A stretch of DNA of 64,000 bases from Octopus sinensis (GCF_006345805.1 NC_043001.1:12214001-12278000); one strand, 5' to 3'. Shown: positions 50,054-64,000, numbered from the stretch's first letter. The notes: generated from the sequence alone by a model not told the origin. Numbers and translations: made by a program.

Positions 50054-50890
50054 AGGGGGAAGAGAAAAAGTTCGTGGAATTGAGAGATGAAGAGAAAAAA
50101 AAATGTTAAAGACAAGAAGACGGGAATTACATGGTTAAAAAAGTTTGTTGAAGAATGAGCGAGAAAAAGAGAAATATAATGTGTGTAATACAAAGGAAAT
50201 TTTAAAATATAACTTATTGTGACTGTGACTCGAATGCTTAGAAAGATAAAAATTGAAATGCAAATTAGCCTTCTTTCTTAAGTAGCTTCTCCTAACGTGT
50301 TTCGTTCTGTAGAACTTTGAAGGTTCCAACTAGTATTTCATAACTTTCAAACAGCCCAGTGCAAGAATAAATAAATAACGTGATGAAAGACGTAATGGAA
50401 GCTATGTAACGCAAAACATAAATATAAATGTAGGTTTGCTTAATCACATATTGAGTAAAGTGGCGCAATGGAAGCTTGTTGAACCCCTTATCCAAATACA
50501 TAGGTTCAAATTATGGTCTGCGTGTAAGGGACTATTATTTCTGTTAAATATACGTCACATTTGATTGATGGTATTTTCTACGAACACACAAAACTTGTAC
50601 TATAACTTCAGTTCAAAATACTTGAGAAGAATTTTAAGTAATTTCGTTCATAAAAATCGATAAGAATCTGTTTTGCACGAAAGCATGACAGATTTCAATC
50701 CGTGTGCACACACATGCATGTAGACACACCAACGAATGTACAAACACACATTTTCTTGGCACGGAAATTCAGGTTTTGTCTCGCGTCTCAAGTTTCAGTT
50801 TCAATAAATATCACATCATCTATAAACGTTAACAAGAGTTCTGATATATATATATATATATATATATCTATATATCTATAATATATATTA

Positions 50891-50936
<46 letters not shown>

Positions 50937-50937
<1 letters not shown>

Positions 50938-51740
50938 CAATTAAGGACAACTACTTAATAAGGAAAACTTAACAAGAAATTGTCAGGTAGATAGCGTAAA
51001 AACCTATAAAGAAAAAAAAATTCGAAAATAATTATTTCTTATTGAACATATTAATTTATATATAGAGGGCATTATACATACATGCCAGAAGGCATTATAC
51101 ATACATGCCAAACGCTAAGAGGGACAATTAGTCATTTCTACCAAAAATATTACTAATCCCACCGAATGCAATTTTTCAAAGTAAGACATTTAAAAAATGT
51201 TTGGCATGTATGTATAATGCTTCTGGCATGTATGTATAATGCCCTCTATATAAATTAATATGTTCAATAAGAAATAATTATTTTCGAAATTTTTTCTCTT
51301 ATGAGGTTTTTACGCTACCTACCTGACAATTTCTTGTTAAGTTTTCCTTATTAAGTATTTGTCCTTAATTGCTAAATTTTTATTCCGAAAAAACTTTTCC
51401 TCTCCCGAAATGCAATTCGTAAAAGTTTGCTATTTATCCGGATGTAATATATGTAAACTCACCCATGTGCTTCGTTGATGTTGAGCAGTTAGCTGATCGG
51501 CTTAAGCGGGACAGGGTCGTTGTTTATTTATAATACATTCAGGCCTGCTGATGAGTACGTAAGTATGAAATCACTGTGATACAGGTCTATATTATTTTAA
51601 ATGTCTTACTTTGAAAAATTGCATTCGGTGGGATTAGTAATATTTTTTTGGTAGAAATGACTAATTGCCCTCTTAGCGTTTGGCATGTATGTATAATGCC
51701 TTCTGGCATGTATGTATAATGCCCTCTATATATAAATTTT
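50937..51740 (+). mobile_element. Penelope-like mini-element: inverted 5' copy (50937-51190) + unit with hammerhead
   Basis: 50937-51112 is inverted at 51197-51372; 51050-51190 is inverted at 51598-51740. Confidence 0.82.
51541..51588 (+). ncRNA. Intact-looking minimal type-I hammerhead ribozyme
   Basis: AGGCCTG CTGATGA(51548-54) GTAC gtaa GTAT GAAA(51567-70) TCAC t GTGA TA(51581) CAGGTCT; 7-bp stem I. Confidence 0.82.
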
Positions 51741-51749
51741 TGTCTATAT

Positions 51750-51824
51750 ATATAATATATATATATATATATAATATATATATATTTATAATATATATAT
51801 AATATATATATATAATATATATAT

Positions 51825-51864
<40 letters not shown>

Positions 51865-51976
51865 TAATATATATATATATATATGTATAGATATATATAT
51901 ATATATATGTATAGATTATTAATATATATTATATATTATATTATATATATATGTATAATATATATATAGATATATG

Positions 51977-52007
<31 letters not shown>

Positions 52008-52517
52008 CTTTGATACTTTGATACTTTGATAGGTTTGTCGGCCATTATTGCCCAGGCCATGTCTAACTTAATAGCAACCCCTGGTGAAGTCTTTCAAGTC
52101 AGAATTTGGGCACTATGGCCCACTCAAGTAGAGAGTTATTGTTTACAGAGACATATCCGGGTGTAGGGGGTTTATCCGGGATTTCTTGAAGAGAATCTGT
52201 CCAAAGACTTCTGAACCCTATAGGGTCAGTTTCTGTTTTAATGCGTTTTGGTGTAATGTTAAAGAGAGCGGGGCAATTGAGGTGAAATAATTGTGCCGTA
52301 TTGTTGTTATGAGATGAGAGTGCGATTTTTGTTGGGCGGATGGCACGGGGCCCAAGCCTTGGATGTACCTTAAAGGTGATGCCAACATCATTTGGGCAAT
52401 GCTGATGGAATATTTCCACATCATGCAGATGATGTAGCGCTCACGACGACGTTGGAGATATATATATATATATATGTATATATGTATATATATATATATA
52501 TGTATATATAATTAATG

Positions 52518-52548
<31 letters not shown>

Positions 52549-52741
52549 GTATATATATATGTATATATATGTAATATATATGTATATATTGTATATATAT
52601 ATGTATATATATGTAATATATATTATATATATATATATATATATTTATTAAATATATAGGGTAAATATATATATAGATATATATATATGTATATTGTAAT
52701 AGATATATGTATATTATATATATATATATACTATAATTATA

Positions 52742-52787
<46 letters not shown>

Positions 52788-52788
52788 G

Positions 52789-52833
<45 letters not shown>

Positions 52834-52875
52834 TGTATATAATATTATATATATATATATATGTTATATAATATG

Positions 52876-52906
<31 letters not shown>

Positions 52907-53000
52907 CATGTTATATATATATATGTAATATATATATATGTATATAATATGTTATATATATAATTTATATATATGTATATATATATATATATATATATCT
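51750..53000. repeat. Long degenerate (TA)n microsatellite field (hosts the LINE-A fragment). Similar tracts at 5080-5290, 9826-9890, 13089-13270, 16830-16980, 17965-18095, 25165-25300, 31380-31520
   Basis: Directly visible. The I/Y-rich ORFs in the track are artefacts of these tracts. Confidence 0.95.
52008..52458 (-). mobile_element. 5'-truncated copy of LINE-A (3' 450 bp), embedded in (TA)n
   Basis: Nearly identical to 5290-5735, with the same tail. Confidence 0.92.
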
Positions 53001-53128
53001 TAGATTAAGATGTATGTATGTATACGTAATTATAAGTATCTACATACGGATGTGCATGTGTGTGCACAGTGGAATACGTTGAGCTCTGTACTTGCAAGCA
53101 TATAGTGTTTTATTCGTATATATATATA

Positions 53129-53167
<39 letters not shown>

Positions 53168-53359
53168 CATATATATATACATACATATATAATACACACA
53201 TATATATATATACAAACGATATTTTTGCTTAATTCAACATTTGCATAAGAAAAGAAAACATCTCATCCCAAAATTTCAACAACATTACTTCGTATAGTCG
53301 CCCTCAAACTCCATCACGGACTGAAGATGGCCCTGAAGTAGGCCAACGCGTTCCTCTCT

Positions 53360-53700
53360 TGTACCCATTCAAAGATCTTCATGGTGGGGACCAGCTCAGC
53401 TTCGGTGTTGCCGGCAGAGTGGTCGGTCGCTTTCTCAACGCTCCCAAACATAATAAACAATGGGTTTACAATCGGGAGAATTAAGCGGCCTGAAATTGCT
53501 GCTGCTGAATTTCACAAAATTTCTCCCTCAACCACTTCTGACAGCTTCCGTAGGCAGGGCACTGAACAGAATCCTGCTCTCACATATTTGGCCTCCCAGC
53601 TGTAACCTTTTGTAGGGATTGCTCTATCTCTAGCAGTTTCAAATAGCGGTCTGAATTGAACTAGAGGCCCGCTTCCAATGTGTTTAAGTTAATTCCCTCC
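53360..53700 (-). mobile_element. Tc1/mariner (maT-like) transposase relic, catalytic C-terminal part
   Basis: Frameshifted FNSDRYLKLL..GRP..QDS..CQKWL.E.F..PLNSPDCKP..YYVW. Confidence 0.7.
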
Positions 53701-53829
53701 AACGGACGCAGGTAAAACGTCTGCTCTTTCTCGCCCCGCCCGCCATGGCTTCGGAGTTTTCGTTGCAGCTTTCCATATTACTTCTTACGGCACCTACTGT
53801 ATTAACAGAATATGTCGCCATGATAGATC

Positions 53830-54010
53830 GGTAGCCACTACACACATTTTTTCTCTCCTTGTTTTTTCTGTGTCCCTTTCTGTAGAAGAGCGTAGGCTCG
53901 AAACGTAAAAGACTTTTTCTATTTCTGAGCGTTATACTAATACATGTATTTGTTTTGTACACCACCTGTCTTCGTCTTTTATTGTTTTATTTTTCGTAAA
54001 CTGTCCCTAT
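53830..54010 (+). mobile_element. Penelope-like pseudo-LTR fragment with a variant minimal hammerhead (53876-53911)
   Basis: CTTT CTGTAGA A GAGC gtag GCTC GAAAC GTA AAAG; A6 is changed to U. Confidence 0.55.
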
Positions 54011-55419
54011 AAAACAGTAGTCTTGATATCGACATTTTATTACCAAGTGCAAATAATTATAATGTATTTAACTCTTTCCCAACATTCAGATGGCTTGAGG
54101 TTCCTCTATGTTAGCTACTTTTAATCCTTATGCTCTCCAACACCATCGATTGTTCACCAGTACGTCAAGTTGCTCTTGAAAAATGAAACCATAAATAATC
54201 GTCTAATTTAACCTGATCTCCCTGTATGTATGCTTCTACGTAAATATGTTTGCATGTATTTACAGATCAGAAGTCAATACATGTTATGCAAATATGCATC
54301 AGTTCTGAATTCCATTCAATGAATATCATTCGTCTTTCGGGAAATGTATATTTATTTTAGAAGCAGACAATTGACTTTATTACGAAGAATGCAACTCTGC
54401 GGTTCGCCATATTGTCTACTTTCAGTTTAACTCTGTTGCATATATCTATGGCGTTCTATATTGATTAGTATCATATTTTCTAATCAATAAAATTACAAGA
54501 AATATTGCATAAACAAATCCTAGGGTTGTTTAAATAGTTGTTTATCTTACTTGAGTTCAGTGAAATTATAAAAGTACTGATGGCACAAGAATACAGTTTT
54601 CGTATCAATAAGTTTTAATTTTTTTTTATTTTGCTGTTATTTTCTGCTTCCATTGTTCCATATACCAATTATCTCAATTCAATGCCATGTTTGGATATGA
54701 TACATCTTAAACTATGTATAATCTTACCGTTTTCAAAATTTGAAGTTTTCCATCTTCATTACATTGAGTTATATGTAATTCATCACGTTGAATATACAAA
54801 TTCTTCTACGTTTGTGGCACTTGAAATAAATCCGAACATGATATGCGAAACGTGATTTCGAACAAAATGTTAGCTAACTTATATAAAGATTATTTGTGCC
54901 TCAATATCCCCATTGATCTCGATCCAGTATGCTTAGTTATAAAGCATGATGTCTTTTAACATTTATCATCCGATGATTGTCTCAGTCATTGGATTGCAAC
55001 CATCCAAGGGTAACAACCGAAGGAGTTTCAGTAGAACAAATCTCCTAAACCAGTAACAGGTTAGTTTTTATTTTTTACAACTAGATATGTATCTCACAAA
55101 ATATTTTGCTGAACCGCTAGGTTAAGGGGACGCAAACAAATCAATAACGGTTTTAAAGCGAGGGTTGACAAACGCAAATGAACAAACAAGTAGGCACGCG
55201 AATAATATACACGCGCGTGCAAATAAACACACGGAAGCCTGTTGTAAATATGCAACGGGCTTCTCACAGTTTTCGCTTGCAAATCATTCGTCATACCGTT
55301 CCTACGGCAGAAGACATTTGTCACAGAAGCCGCACTGTGGGACTGAACTTAAAACCAAGTAAATGCAGAGTGAGCACCTTGACCCCCTAACTAACCGTGG
55401 ACTTATGCTTTCTTTTATG

Positions 55420-55815
55420 CTTTTACTTGTTTCAGTCATTTGACTGCGGCCATGCGGGAGCGCCACCTTTAGTCGAGCAAATTGACCCCGGGATGTATTC
55501 GTTGTAAGCTTAGTAATTCTTCTATCGGTCTCTTTTGCCGAACCGCTAAGTCACGGGGACATAAACACACCAGCATCGGGTGTCAAGCAATGCGAGGGGA
55601 CAAACACAGACGCACAAACATACACAGACACATATATATACATATATACATATATACGACGGGCCTCTTTCAGTTTCCGTCTATCAAATCCACCCACAAG
55701 GCTTTGGTCGGCCCGAGGCTATAGTAGAAGACACTTGCTCAAGATGCCACGCAGTGGGACTGAACCTGGAACCATATGGTTGGTAAGCAAGCTAGTTATC
55801 ATACGCTTACCACAA
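55420..55815 (-). mobile_element. SINE-A, near full length (a degenerate second copy lies at ~55130-55420)
   Basis: Matches 21999-22398. Confidence 0.86.
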
Positions 55816-57364
55816 TTCTATGATTATTTAGATTTTGCTTATGGAACGACTCATAATTGTAACGTACGCGGTAAAACGTTATATGTTAATGATGAAGATA
55901 TCAAAGTGCAGAGTTAAGATGGAAAAGGTGTAGAATATTTTATCACGACTCAAGTTCCTGGAGCGTCTCATGCCAAATACGATCCATATGAAACTGAAAA
56001 GAATATGGACTACAAACGGCTTCCCCACACTCTCTTTCGTCCTTATATCTTCAGATTTCCGTGTGATATCATGTGTATTTCTAAGTTGGTATCATGCACT
56101 TTTTCATAACGCTATACGTTTTCCATATAGTTACAGCTTCAGCGTCATAAGAATTTTATGGTTGTGCGTTATGTGTTTTATAGCTGTAATCTTCTACATT
56201 TGCTTATCGTTTTTGAAATCTGAATAGATTTTATCACTTTTCAGACGCAAAACAAATGCTGTGGTAAACGGCCAGAAAAAAGAAGATATGTAACGAAATA
56301 AAAAAAGGATCGTATATAAGTTGCAATCCAGTGTTTGTAATATATCTTCTGATTGTATCCATTCTGAATTTTGGTTCCACTAAGGTCGACTTTGACTTCC
56401 GTCCTTTAGAATTTTGGCCGTGAGAATTATAAGAACGTCGGAATAAATGCATCACAGTATTCAAATCTCGCCAAGGTGGACATGTCTGTAGGGACAATGA
56501 ATTGAAGTACTAGTCAAGTAATGCGATCGATAGTATCAGTTTTATATTCATCAAGAAGTGTGATTCTTTTATGCAACAGTTTTGGCAGATTCACTTCTAT
56601 CGAAAGAAAGTTTCACAGATTGAGTTTTGTTCACAAACTAGACGACCCCTGATCCGTTGGGTTATCGGATATCTGTTTCTTGGGTTTCTTTTTCTTTTCC
56701 AAGTTATTTCGCATGCTTTCAGCGTATACGACATCGAAATCATGCGTAAGCGACTCCTTTCCCGAGAAAAGAAAAGATTTGGCTGCAATTTCTTGCATGA
56801 CCTGTTACCACCTGACATGTATTTCGGTCCTTTATCGCAAATAGCTGTTACGCAATAGCAGGGTGTGCTAGAAATAGCAGCCAAATCATTGAAAATGAAA
56901 TACGTTAAATGCACTCGAAAAACACTATGGAAAAACAAATATTTCACACCGAATTTACGAACGGGTCTTTTACGAAATATTTGCCGTATATTTAAAGTCA
57001 ATTTCCCTTTAAAATATTTTTTCAATATGTCAAACTATTTTTGCAATGGTATTCACTCGAAAATAATTTTTTTAAAAAATGCATTAAAATATTGTCTGTT
57101 TAAAGAAAGCTAAAATATAAATAGTTACTGTACAAGTACTGCAAAAAAATCGTAATTTCTCATTGTCACGTCACCGTGTCTAATAAAAAGATAAGTGTTT
57201 CTACCCTTTCAGGATGAAGATTATTATCGGAATTTTTCTCCATTCTGCACCGTTTTGAGAATTTATATTCGCAAACCTGTAATATATTTCAAAGAACTTA
57301 TCCGATGTAAGCGAATTTTGTTTTATTTCGTGCGTATTAACACTTCAGCGTAAACTTAATTCAT

Positions 57365-57620
57365 AGTAATAATAAATCTCTGAACGAGGTATAAACAGTA
57401 ACTGAACGACAATGTTAGGTATATTTGCCATCTCAACATGGCTAACCACTAAGGGTGGATGCTACTGTAGCTTGTAGCCCCAGGAGAACATCGTATCCAG
57501 CTGGCTTTAGGCACACTTTCTGTGCCCTAAGGTATTTGCAAAGGGAGGTCATCCTTCCCTCGTCAATTAATTCATAGTATTTTCCCATTATGCGCCAGTT
57601 TGGCTGGGTAACACTGTGAA
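57365..57620 (-). mobile_element. Diverged family G Penelope-like fragment
   Basis: Homologous to 34622-34745 and the reverse complement of 35060-35220. Confidence 0.65.
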
Positions 57621-57661
57621 AAAGCAAGCAAAATTCAAGCTGACATTTAGTGTATTATAAA

Positions 57662-57830
57662 TAGGCGTGGCTGTGTGGTAAGAAGTTTTATTTTCCAACC
57701 GTATGGACTTCGGTCCAATCCACTCTCTGGAACCTTGGGCAATTGTCTTCTACTGAAGCCTCGGACCGACCAAATTCTCGTGAGTGGATTTGGTGAACAG
57801 GAACTGAGGAAAAAGACTTTTCTCGCTCAC
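57662..57830 (+). mobile_element. SINE-A 5' half, diverged
   Basis: Head and CORE-like segment. Confidence 0.65.
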
Positions 57831-58199
57831 TCTCTCACACACACACACACACACACACAAACTAACACACACATATATGTATAAGTATATGCAAAAGAAA
57901 CTTCGCCCTCTAACAGATATTTGTTTCACACACGATATGGAATTTGAATGGATTTCACCACATTTCTTGGTAATTTGACATCAGGAAGTTATCACTGACC
58001 CACAATACCACTATGTTTTGAAGACATAAGTTTTGTGGTGTTCGAACTTGTTCAGTTTTCGTGAACATGGTAATATTCGAGCAGGCACCTTTAAAATTAT
58101 ACAAAGTGTTGATTCAATGGGTTATACACAGACATGCAGGAAGTAATTAGACACCTTTAATTTTCAAAGCGTTATATTTGATATTAATTGGTTGAAGGA

Positions 58200-58409
58200 G
58201 AAGTTGTGTTCTAGCTGCTTGGCCATAATACCCAAGCTTATGCAGATATGTAACACGTTCCTGGACTAACTTCTAGCAGTTTTGCACTGTCAGAAGACTT
58301 GGAACGGGGTTAGTTTTCAAAATTCTCTTCAAACAGCGGAGCTTCCTTTCCGAGGGCCCAGCTCGGCTGGAACGAGAATCTGTTGATTCTTTTCATACAT
58401 AGAATAATG

Positions 58410-58453
<44 letters not shown>

Positions 58454-58535
58454 CACTTCGAATCTAAACTGTTAATATATAAAAGCGGAAGAGATTGTTG
58501 AAATTGAAAACCAACTTTGGGGCCACCCTGTATAT
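58200..58535 (-). mobile_element. Tc1/mariner 5' relic
   Basis: TACAGGGTGGCCCC-type terminus at ~58520-58535 and degenerate HTH-like coding remnants. Confidence 0.45.
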
Positions 58536-59081
58536 ATATGTAAATATTATTTAGTTTTGATACAAGTGGAACACCACAGGAAGTAGTATTAATATTTTTA
58601 TCTATCGTTCATGAAACAAATTCAAGACATATGAATTGACACCCAGGTGTTGATGAGCAAGTTTAAACATATCCTGTGCCTTGGAAATTGTTTCTGCATA
58701 TCGTTACGCAGTCACATACATGTAAGTAATATTTTCTGTAGTAACATATAATGCATGGTGTTGGCTTATCTGCGAGTTTTCTGGAACACCCCCAAGGAAT
58801 GATACTGTCCAACAAAATTGAGTTTGGAAATCGGAATAGCATTGGTGGTGGTGGGGTAATTTAAAGGTCTAGTAACCTTAATGTAACGATAAAAATGAAA
58901 CTGTTAAAAGCAAGTAAATATTATAAGCAGTTACAGCAATTATTACTGCTTTTAAGCTGCTACAAGGAAGAAAGTGTAGCTTAAAATGCGATGGTGTTTG
59001 TCTTATTATAAATGCGATCATTTCGTACAAAGAAATCAACAAATTTCACTAGCTATAAACTCGGTGGTTGATCAATATGTG

Positions 59082-59453
59082 GCACTCCATCGGTTACGAC
59101 GACGAGGGTTCCAGTAGATCCGATCAACGGAATAGTCTGCTCGTGAACTTAACATATAAGTGGTTGACCACTCCATAGACACGTGTACCCTTAATGTAGT
59201 TCTCGGGGAGATTCAGTGTGACAAGGCTGGCTCTTTGAAATACAGGTACAACAGAAACAGGAAGAATGAGTGAGAGAAAGTTGTGGTGAAAGAGTACAGC
59301 AGGGTTCGCCACCAACCCCTGCCGGAGCCTTGTCGATCTTTAGGTGTTTTTACTCAATAAACACTTGCAACGCCCTGTCTGGGAATCGACACCACGATTC
59401 TGCGATTGCTACCCTAGTCCGCTACCCTAACCACTGGGTCAATGCACCTCCAC
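59082..59453 (-). mobile_element. SINE-C
   Basis: Matches family. Confidence 0.82.
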
Positions 59454-59588
59454 TGTACACTAGTATTCGCAATTTGACGTGCATTTTACCATTGTCAGAA
59501 ACCTTTCCGAATTAGTAAATACATTGTGTCGTAACAATAACAAGTAGATCGTTCTCAACTTGGAAATATAGAATAAAACACTGCACAA

Positions 59589-59589
<1 letters not shown>

Positions 59590-59651
<62 letters not shown>

Positions 59652-60247
59652 GTAATAATAATAATCATAATAATAATAATAATTTCATGGCTTCTGATCT
59701 TAACTGATTGGAAGTGTTATCATGTACATTGTTTTGTCTTGGTCTAAAAGATGGGCTGCAGCAAATATTCTGCTCAGTACCACAGATTTGCTTGTCAGTT
59801 GTTTGACCTTAACCATTTGAGCACGTTCCTTAGTGGCTGACTATATGTGCATCTCTGATTACCAGCAGAAGTAGTGGGGGAGCATCATAGCCGTGTGTTG
59901 AGAGGGATTCTTTGGGGTTTGAATGATTCATCTCTGGAAACATGGGTGTTTCGTTCAACATCCTTAAACAACCCTTATTCAGGGACCGTTTGAGCGGATT
60001 GGGTTACTCAACCAGAAAAAATTCTAACGGGGCCCCACCTGCAAGGTCATGCACTGTTTATCTTGATATGAGATCAGCATGTCGCGCACATATGGTTGTG
60101 ATGCATGTGCCAGGTGTACCCGTATCAGACGGTTAGTCATGATGGGTATACTGGGCTTCGTATATTTTACCCCAGTGTCACTTTGATGGCATGCACTGCT
60201 CTCTCACTCAATAATAATAATAATAATAATAATGATGACGATGATGG

Positions 60248-60299
<52 letters not shown>

Positions 60300-60300
60300 A
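59590..60300. mobile_element. Repeat E (59686-60208) between (AAT)n and (AAT)n/(GAT)n tracts
   Basis: Homologous to 32113-32637. Confidence 0.82.
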
Positions 60301-60976
60301 TCTCCTACACATTAAATTTGAAAACATTCTCTTGAAAATAAGCTATGATATTTACTCTGGCATTGATACAGACATATTTGCAAATAGTTCACGACCTGTA
60401 TTAAGTTCACACAAAATTCGATTTCCTTGAATGTTATTTGTTTATTACTACATTCGCAGTTGCAATGCTTTCACACGGTCAACACTTAATCGACTGAATT
60501 AAATGCTGTATTGAAGATATGTTGTATGAGAACTTGACCCGTGTAAGACGTGACGTGGACGGCTGCAGCGGAGACAACAAGCCACGGCCAGAAGGAAGGT
60601 ATTGGTCCTCCAGTTTTTCTCTATTAGCAGTGAAGTCATGTCACGACGCATTTTCAACGGGGCTTATTTCTTACCTCTTATAAGTCATTTAATTTTTCGC
60701 CGTTATTTCTTCGAAATTCTTTTTATCGCTTTCGAAATATGCGAATTTGCTAGCAGATATGAAATAATATATTTCTTAATTGTAAACTAGGATAAAAGTA
60801 TTGAACATTGAAATTCCGAATGTTCTTTAAAGCCCCTTTATTATGAATTTGGTTAGTTCTAGCATCTTCTCTTGAAAATTGTCTTTTTCAATAGACATAT
60901 ATATAGATACATGTACAAATGCACATTAACATTCACGCACGTATATGTATGTGTATGTATATATATTATTTTATTT

Positions 60977-61387
60977 TTAACTACCCACAAGGAGCTAAAC
61001 ACAAAGGGGACAAACAAAGACAGACAAACGGATTGAGTAGATTACATCGACCCCAGTGCATAACTGGTACCTAATGTATCGACCCCGAATGGATGAAAGG
61101 CAAAGTCGACCTCGGCGGAATTTGAACTCAGAACGTAGCAACGGACGAAATATCTATTTCTTTACTACCCACAAGGAGCTAAACATAGAGGGGACAAAGA
61201 AGGACACACAAACGGATTAAATCGATTACATCGACCCCAGTGTGTTACTGGTACTTAATTTATCGACCCCGAAAGGATAAAAGGCAAAGTCGACCTCGGC
61301 AGAATTTGAACTCAGAACGTAACGGCAGACGAAATACCGCTGAGCATTTCGTCCGGCGTGCTAACATTTCTGCCAGCTCGCCGCCTT
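60977..61387 (-). repeat. SINE-B multimer: head + two body units
   Basis: Junction at ~61150; head at ~61335-61387. Confidence 0.85.
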
Positions 61388-61669
61388 GGGTGTACATAAA
61401 TACTTATTTGAATGTACGTATACAAGCTACAGTAGGTATTTGAGGAGACTTAATCATAAGTACATTGCTTTCGTGTGGCCAATCAGAAGGTTTTTATTTC
61501 TTTCAGATCTCCCATTGCTTTTCATATGATAACACAAGAAATGACACTACATGCATTGTTCCCATTTGCGCAGAATAAAGTGACTGAAATCTTAAAATAT
61601 TTAAAATATTGCCTGCTGTTTTATGCGCAAAGTTTGAATGGAATTTGAAGCTTCTGGCGATGATTTTCA

Positions 61670-62140
61670 ACTATCTTACAAAAAAATCATATTCTAGACG
61701 GCGTCTGGACAAGAGAAGAACACAAATATTCATCCGACAACTTCAAAACCTGATGGATGATGATCCCAGAAAATCTACCATAGTTTTCGCCAAAGAATGT
61801 CGGGTATCTGAGTGATATATCAGAACTATGGTACACTAAAATGTTCGGTAGAAGTTGTATACATTGAGCAGATTCATATCTGGAAATGTAAAAGAAAGCT
61901 ATTTCATTCGTCTCAAGCGCTTGCTTAACAATGTTACAAACCTTACGGCCATGACATTATTTGGTTCCTCTGTTATGAGAAAAAAACTTCCTACAAAAGC
62001 CAAAGTTTCTAACAAAAGAAATGACGCCTGTTTATTTGCAGATCACGTGGATATTACATGAGTGATTCGAGCTAAGTTTTCCGGAAGTGTGGTTGTTTCA
62101 GACGAGCTAGATATTTCATGGCCTGCCACCTCATATATAC
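61670..62140 (+). mobile_element. maT/Tc1-like transposase relic (N-terminal to first catalytic Asp region)
   Basis: RTQIFIRQLQNLMDDDPRKS..AKECRVSE..IR..; SGNVKESYFIRLKRLLN; NKRND..L. Confidence 0.65.
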
Positions 62141-62199
62141 ATCTGGCAGATCCTGGAAGGACTTGTCATTGACATATAAACGCCGTAGCAAGGCGCCAT

Positions 62200-62520
62200 T
62201 GCATAAATTTGAAAATAATCCCTCACGCCCCGCAGCGATCAAAATACAGAACCAGGTATTTTAGTAAGTTGGGATCAGAAAGCCTACATACCTTTAATAT
62301 TCTCCTACACGAGCTGAGAGACGTACATGCTGTAGATGCAGATGTCTTTAAAGGTAATCTAGATCTCCTGGATTCAAGAAATCCAGATGAGGCGACTTCA
62401 CGATAGGAAGCAGAAATGAGAGAAGTGAAAAACAACCCCTTCATTCACCAAATGCCAAGCATTAAAGAAGGGTTAATGGAAGTGAAGAAACACCATGTGG
62501 CGTACCATATTATGGCAAGA
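62200..62520 (+). mobile_element. Old, diverged 3' fragment of a LINE-B-related CR1
   Basis: FNILLHELRDVHAVDADVFKGNLDLL..NPDE aligns with the LINE-B C-terminus FNILPKNLRDLHGVDTDVFK..VPDEP. Confidence 0.7.
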
Positions 62521-63679
62521 GCCCTTGTGAAAAAAACTAGAAAAAGAAACGCACACACAGTATGTAACTTATGTATGTCCGTATGTATATGTATGTATGT
62601 ATGTGTGTATGCATGTATGTATGTGTGTGTATGTATGTATGTATCTATGTATGTATGTACGTATTTGATTGTTGAGTTTTATTTCAAGAATTCTTGCCAA
62701 AATTGAAAGACTCGGTTTCTAACCGAGATACAAGCCTCATTCTTTGAAATTTCAACATCAACAAAGAAGGTATTTTTGCTTGTGTGCACAAATGCATTTA
62801 TGTATATCTGCTGATTTTTAGGTTGCGTCTTATGTATATATTCTCATACATACACATGCTTATGTAGACATGCTCATATATATTTAAATGATAAACTTCT
62901 GGAAAGCTTTTCGGATTTTTTACAGTTCCAATGATGGATTGGATCTGTAGTCTGCGAATTAGCTTTTTTCCTTTCTCGTTTTGAAAAGCCTAATTTCTCA
63001 AAATTGGTATTTAGGCAGTGTGTTACATATCCCAGGGCTCCAATAAATACTGGTATAAACCTGAACCTGTAATCTGGATAGACTGGCTACATATTTCTCA
63101 GTAGTTCTACGTAGGTGTACTTAACTGATCTTCAGCTTTATGTTAACATCCGCTGGGCAGCTAATTCCCATAACTGTACCCAGTTTATCTTCCTATCGCA
63201 AATCATTATATCAGGTCTGTTGCGCTTACATTTTATTGAGGTATTCACTAGAACATTCCACCACCATTCCTTTCTCTTTTTTTTTAGTGTGAGTGGCTAT
63301 AGCTTCTACCATACTGTGAGTTCTTATTCCTTTGTCCTCGGGGTTCGCCTTCCGGCGGATTTCATTATAGTTTCATAGCTACTGCGTCATGTCTCGTAAT
63401 GACATTTCCGCACAACTGCTTATGATGTGGGTGATAATTTCAGTGTTAACTCCACAAAGGCTCCATCGATTGTCACATGTTACTGCTTTTTCCTGCATTT
63501 CTTTCCCTTTTGTGTATCAGGAACTTCGTCGATATTTCCTGTTCCTAGATTGCAAACGCATGTATGTATGTATGTATGTATGTATGTATGTATGTATGTA
63601 CGTATGTATGCATGTATGTATGTATGTATGTATACAAGCACTGTCTGCCTTTGTGTAAGCATGTGTGTATGTATGTATG

Positions 63680-63726
<47 letters not shown>

Positions 63727-64000
63727 ATATGCATGTGTGTATGTATGTGTGTAGTATATATGTATTTACGTACGTATGTATATTTATATGTATATACGTA
63801 TGAATATATAACTGGTATTCGGCGTATTCTTCACAGTTAACATGAGGTAAACATTGTAAAACTAAGAGTATTTTTAAAACATCAATTATTATTAACTGGA
63901 TTATGGCTAACAGATGAGTTTACTGAAATTAGCTGCCCTCAGGTTTCCCGCCAGGCCTCAAACGACCCCGGAACCTCATGCATGCGTTTTTCACTGCGTC

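Noticed and set aside
53317-53355. Hammerhead-like CTGAAGATGGCC..GGCCAACGCGTTC
   Set aside because: The GAAA half has lost two bases; counted only as a decayed PLE relic.

Overview
Repeat-saturated eukaryotic (metazoan) DNA. The SINE families and dense (TA)n/(TG)n/(TAA)n tracts look like Octopus or another cephalopod; this is an inference from family recognition. No host gene could be identified with confidence, only weak candidate exons. Contents: (i) the 5' ~4.4 kb of a Helitron (Rep HUH domain, nine 23-aa STPR-like repeats), running off the left edge on the minus strand; (ii) two nearly intact CR1-group LINEs in tandem (5.3-13.1 kb), one full length with an unusual Myb/SANT-like + CCCH ORF1; (iii) an R4/Dong-type RLE 3' fragment, several Tc1/mariner relics, and four tRNA-headed SINE families, one forming head+(body)n multimers; (iv) many Penelope-like (PLE) mini-elements, mostly as fold-back palindromes, with about 12 minimal type-I hammerhead ribozyme motifs from different families. 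All have palindromic stem III, and their cores show C3-G8, U3-A8 and G3-C8 covariation. Coordinates of repeat edges are approximate (+/-10-20 nt); ribozyme coordinates were indexed by hand.
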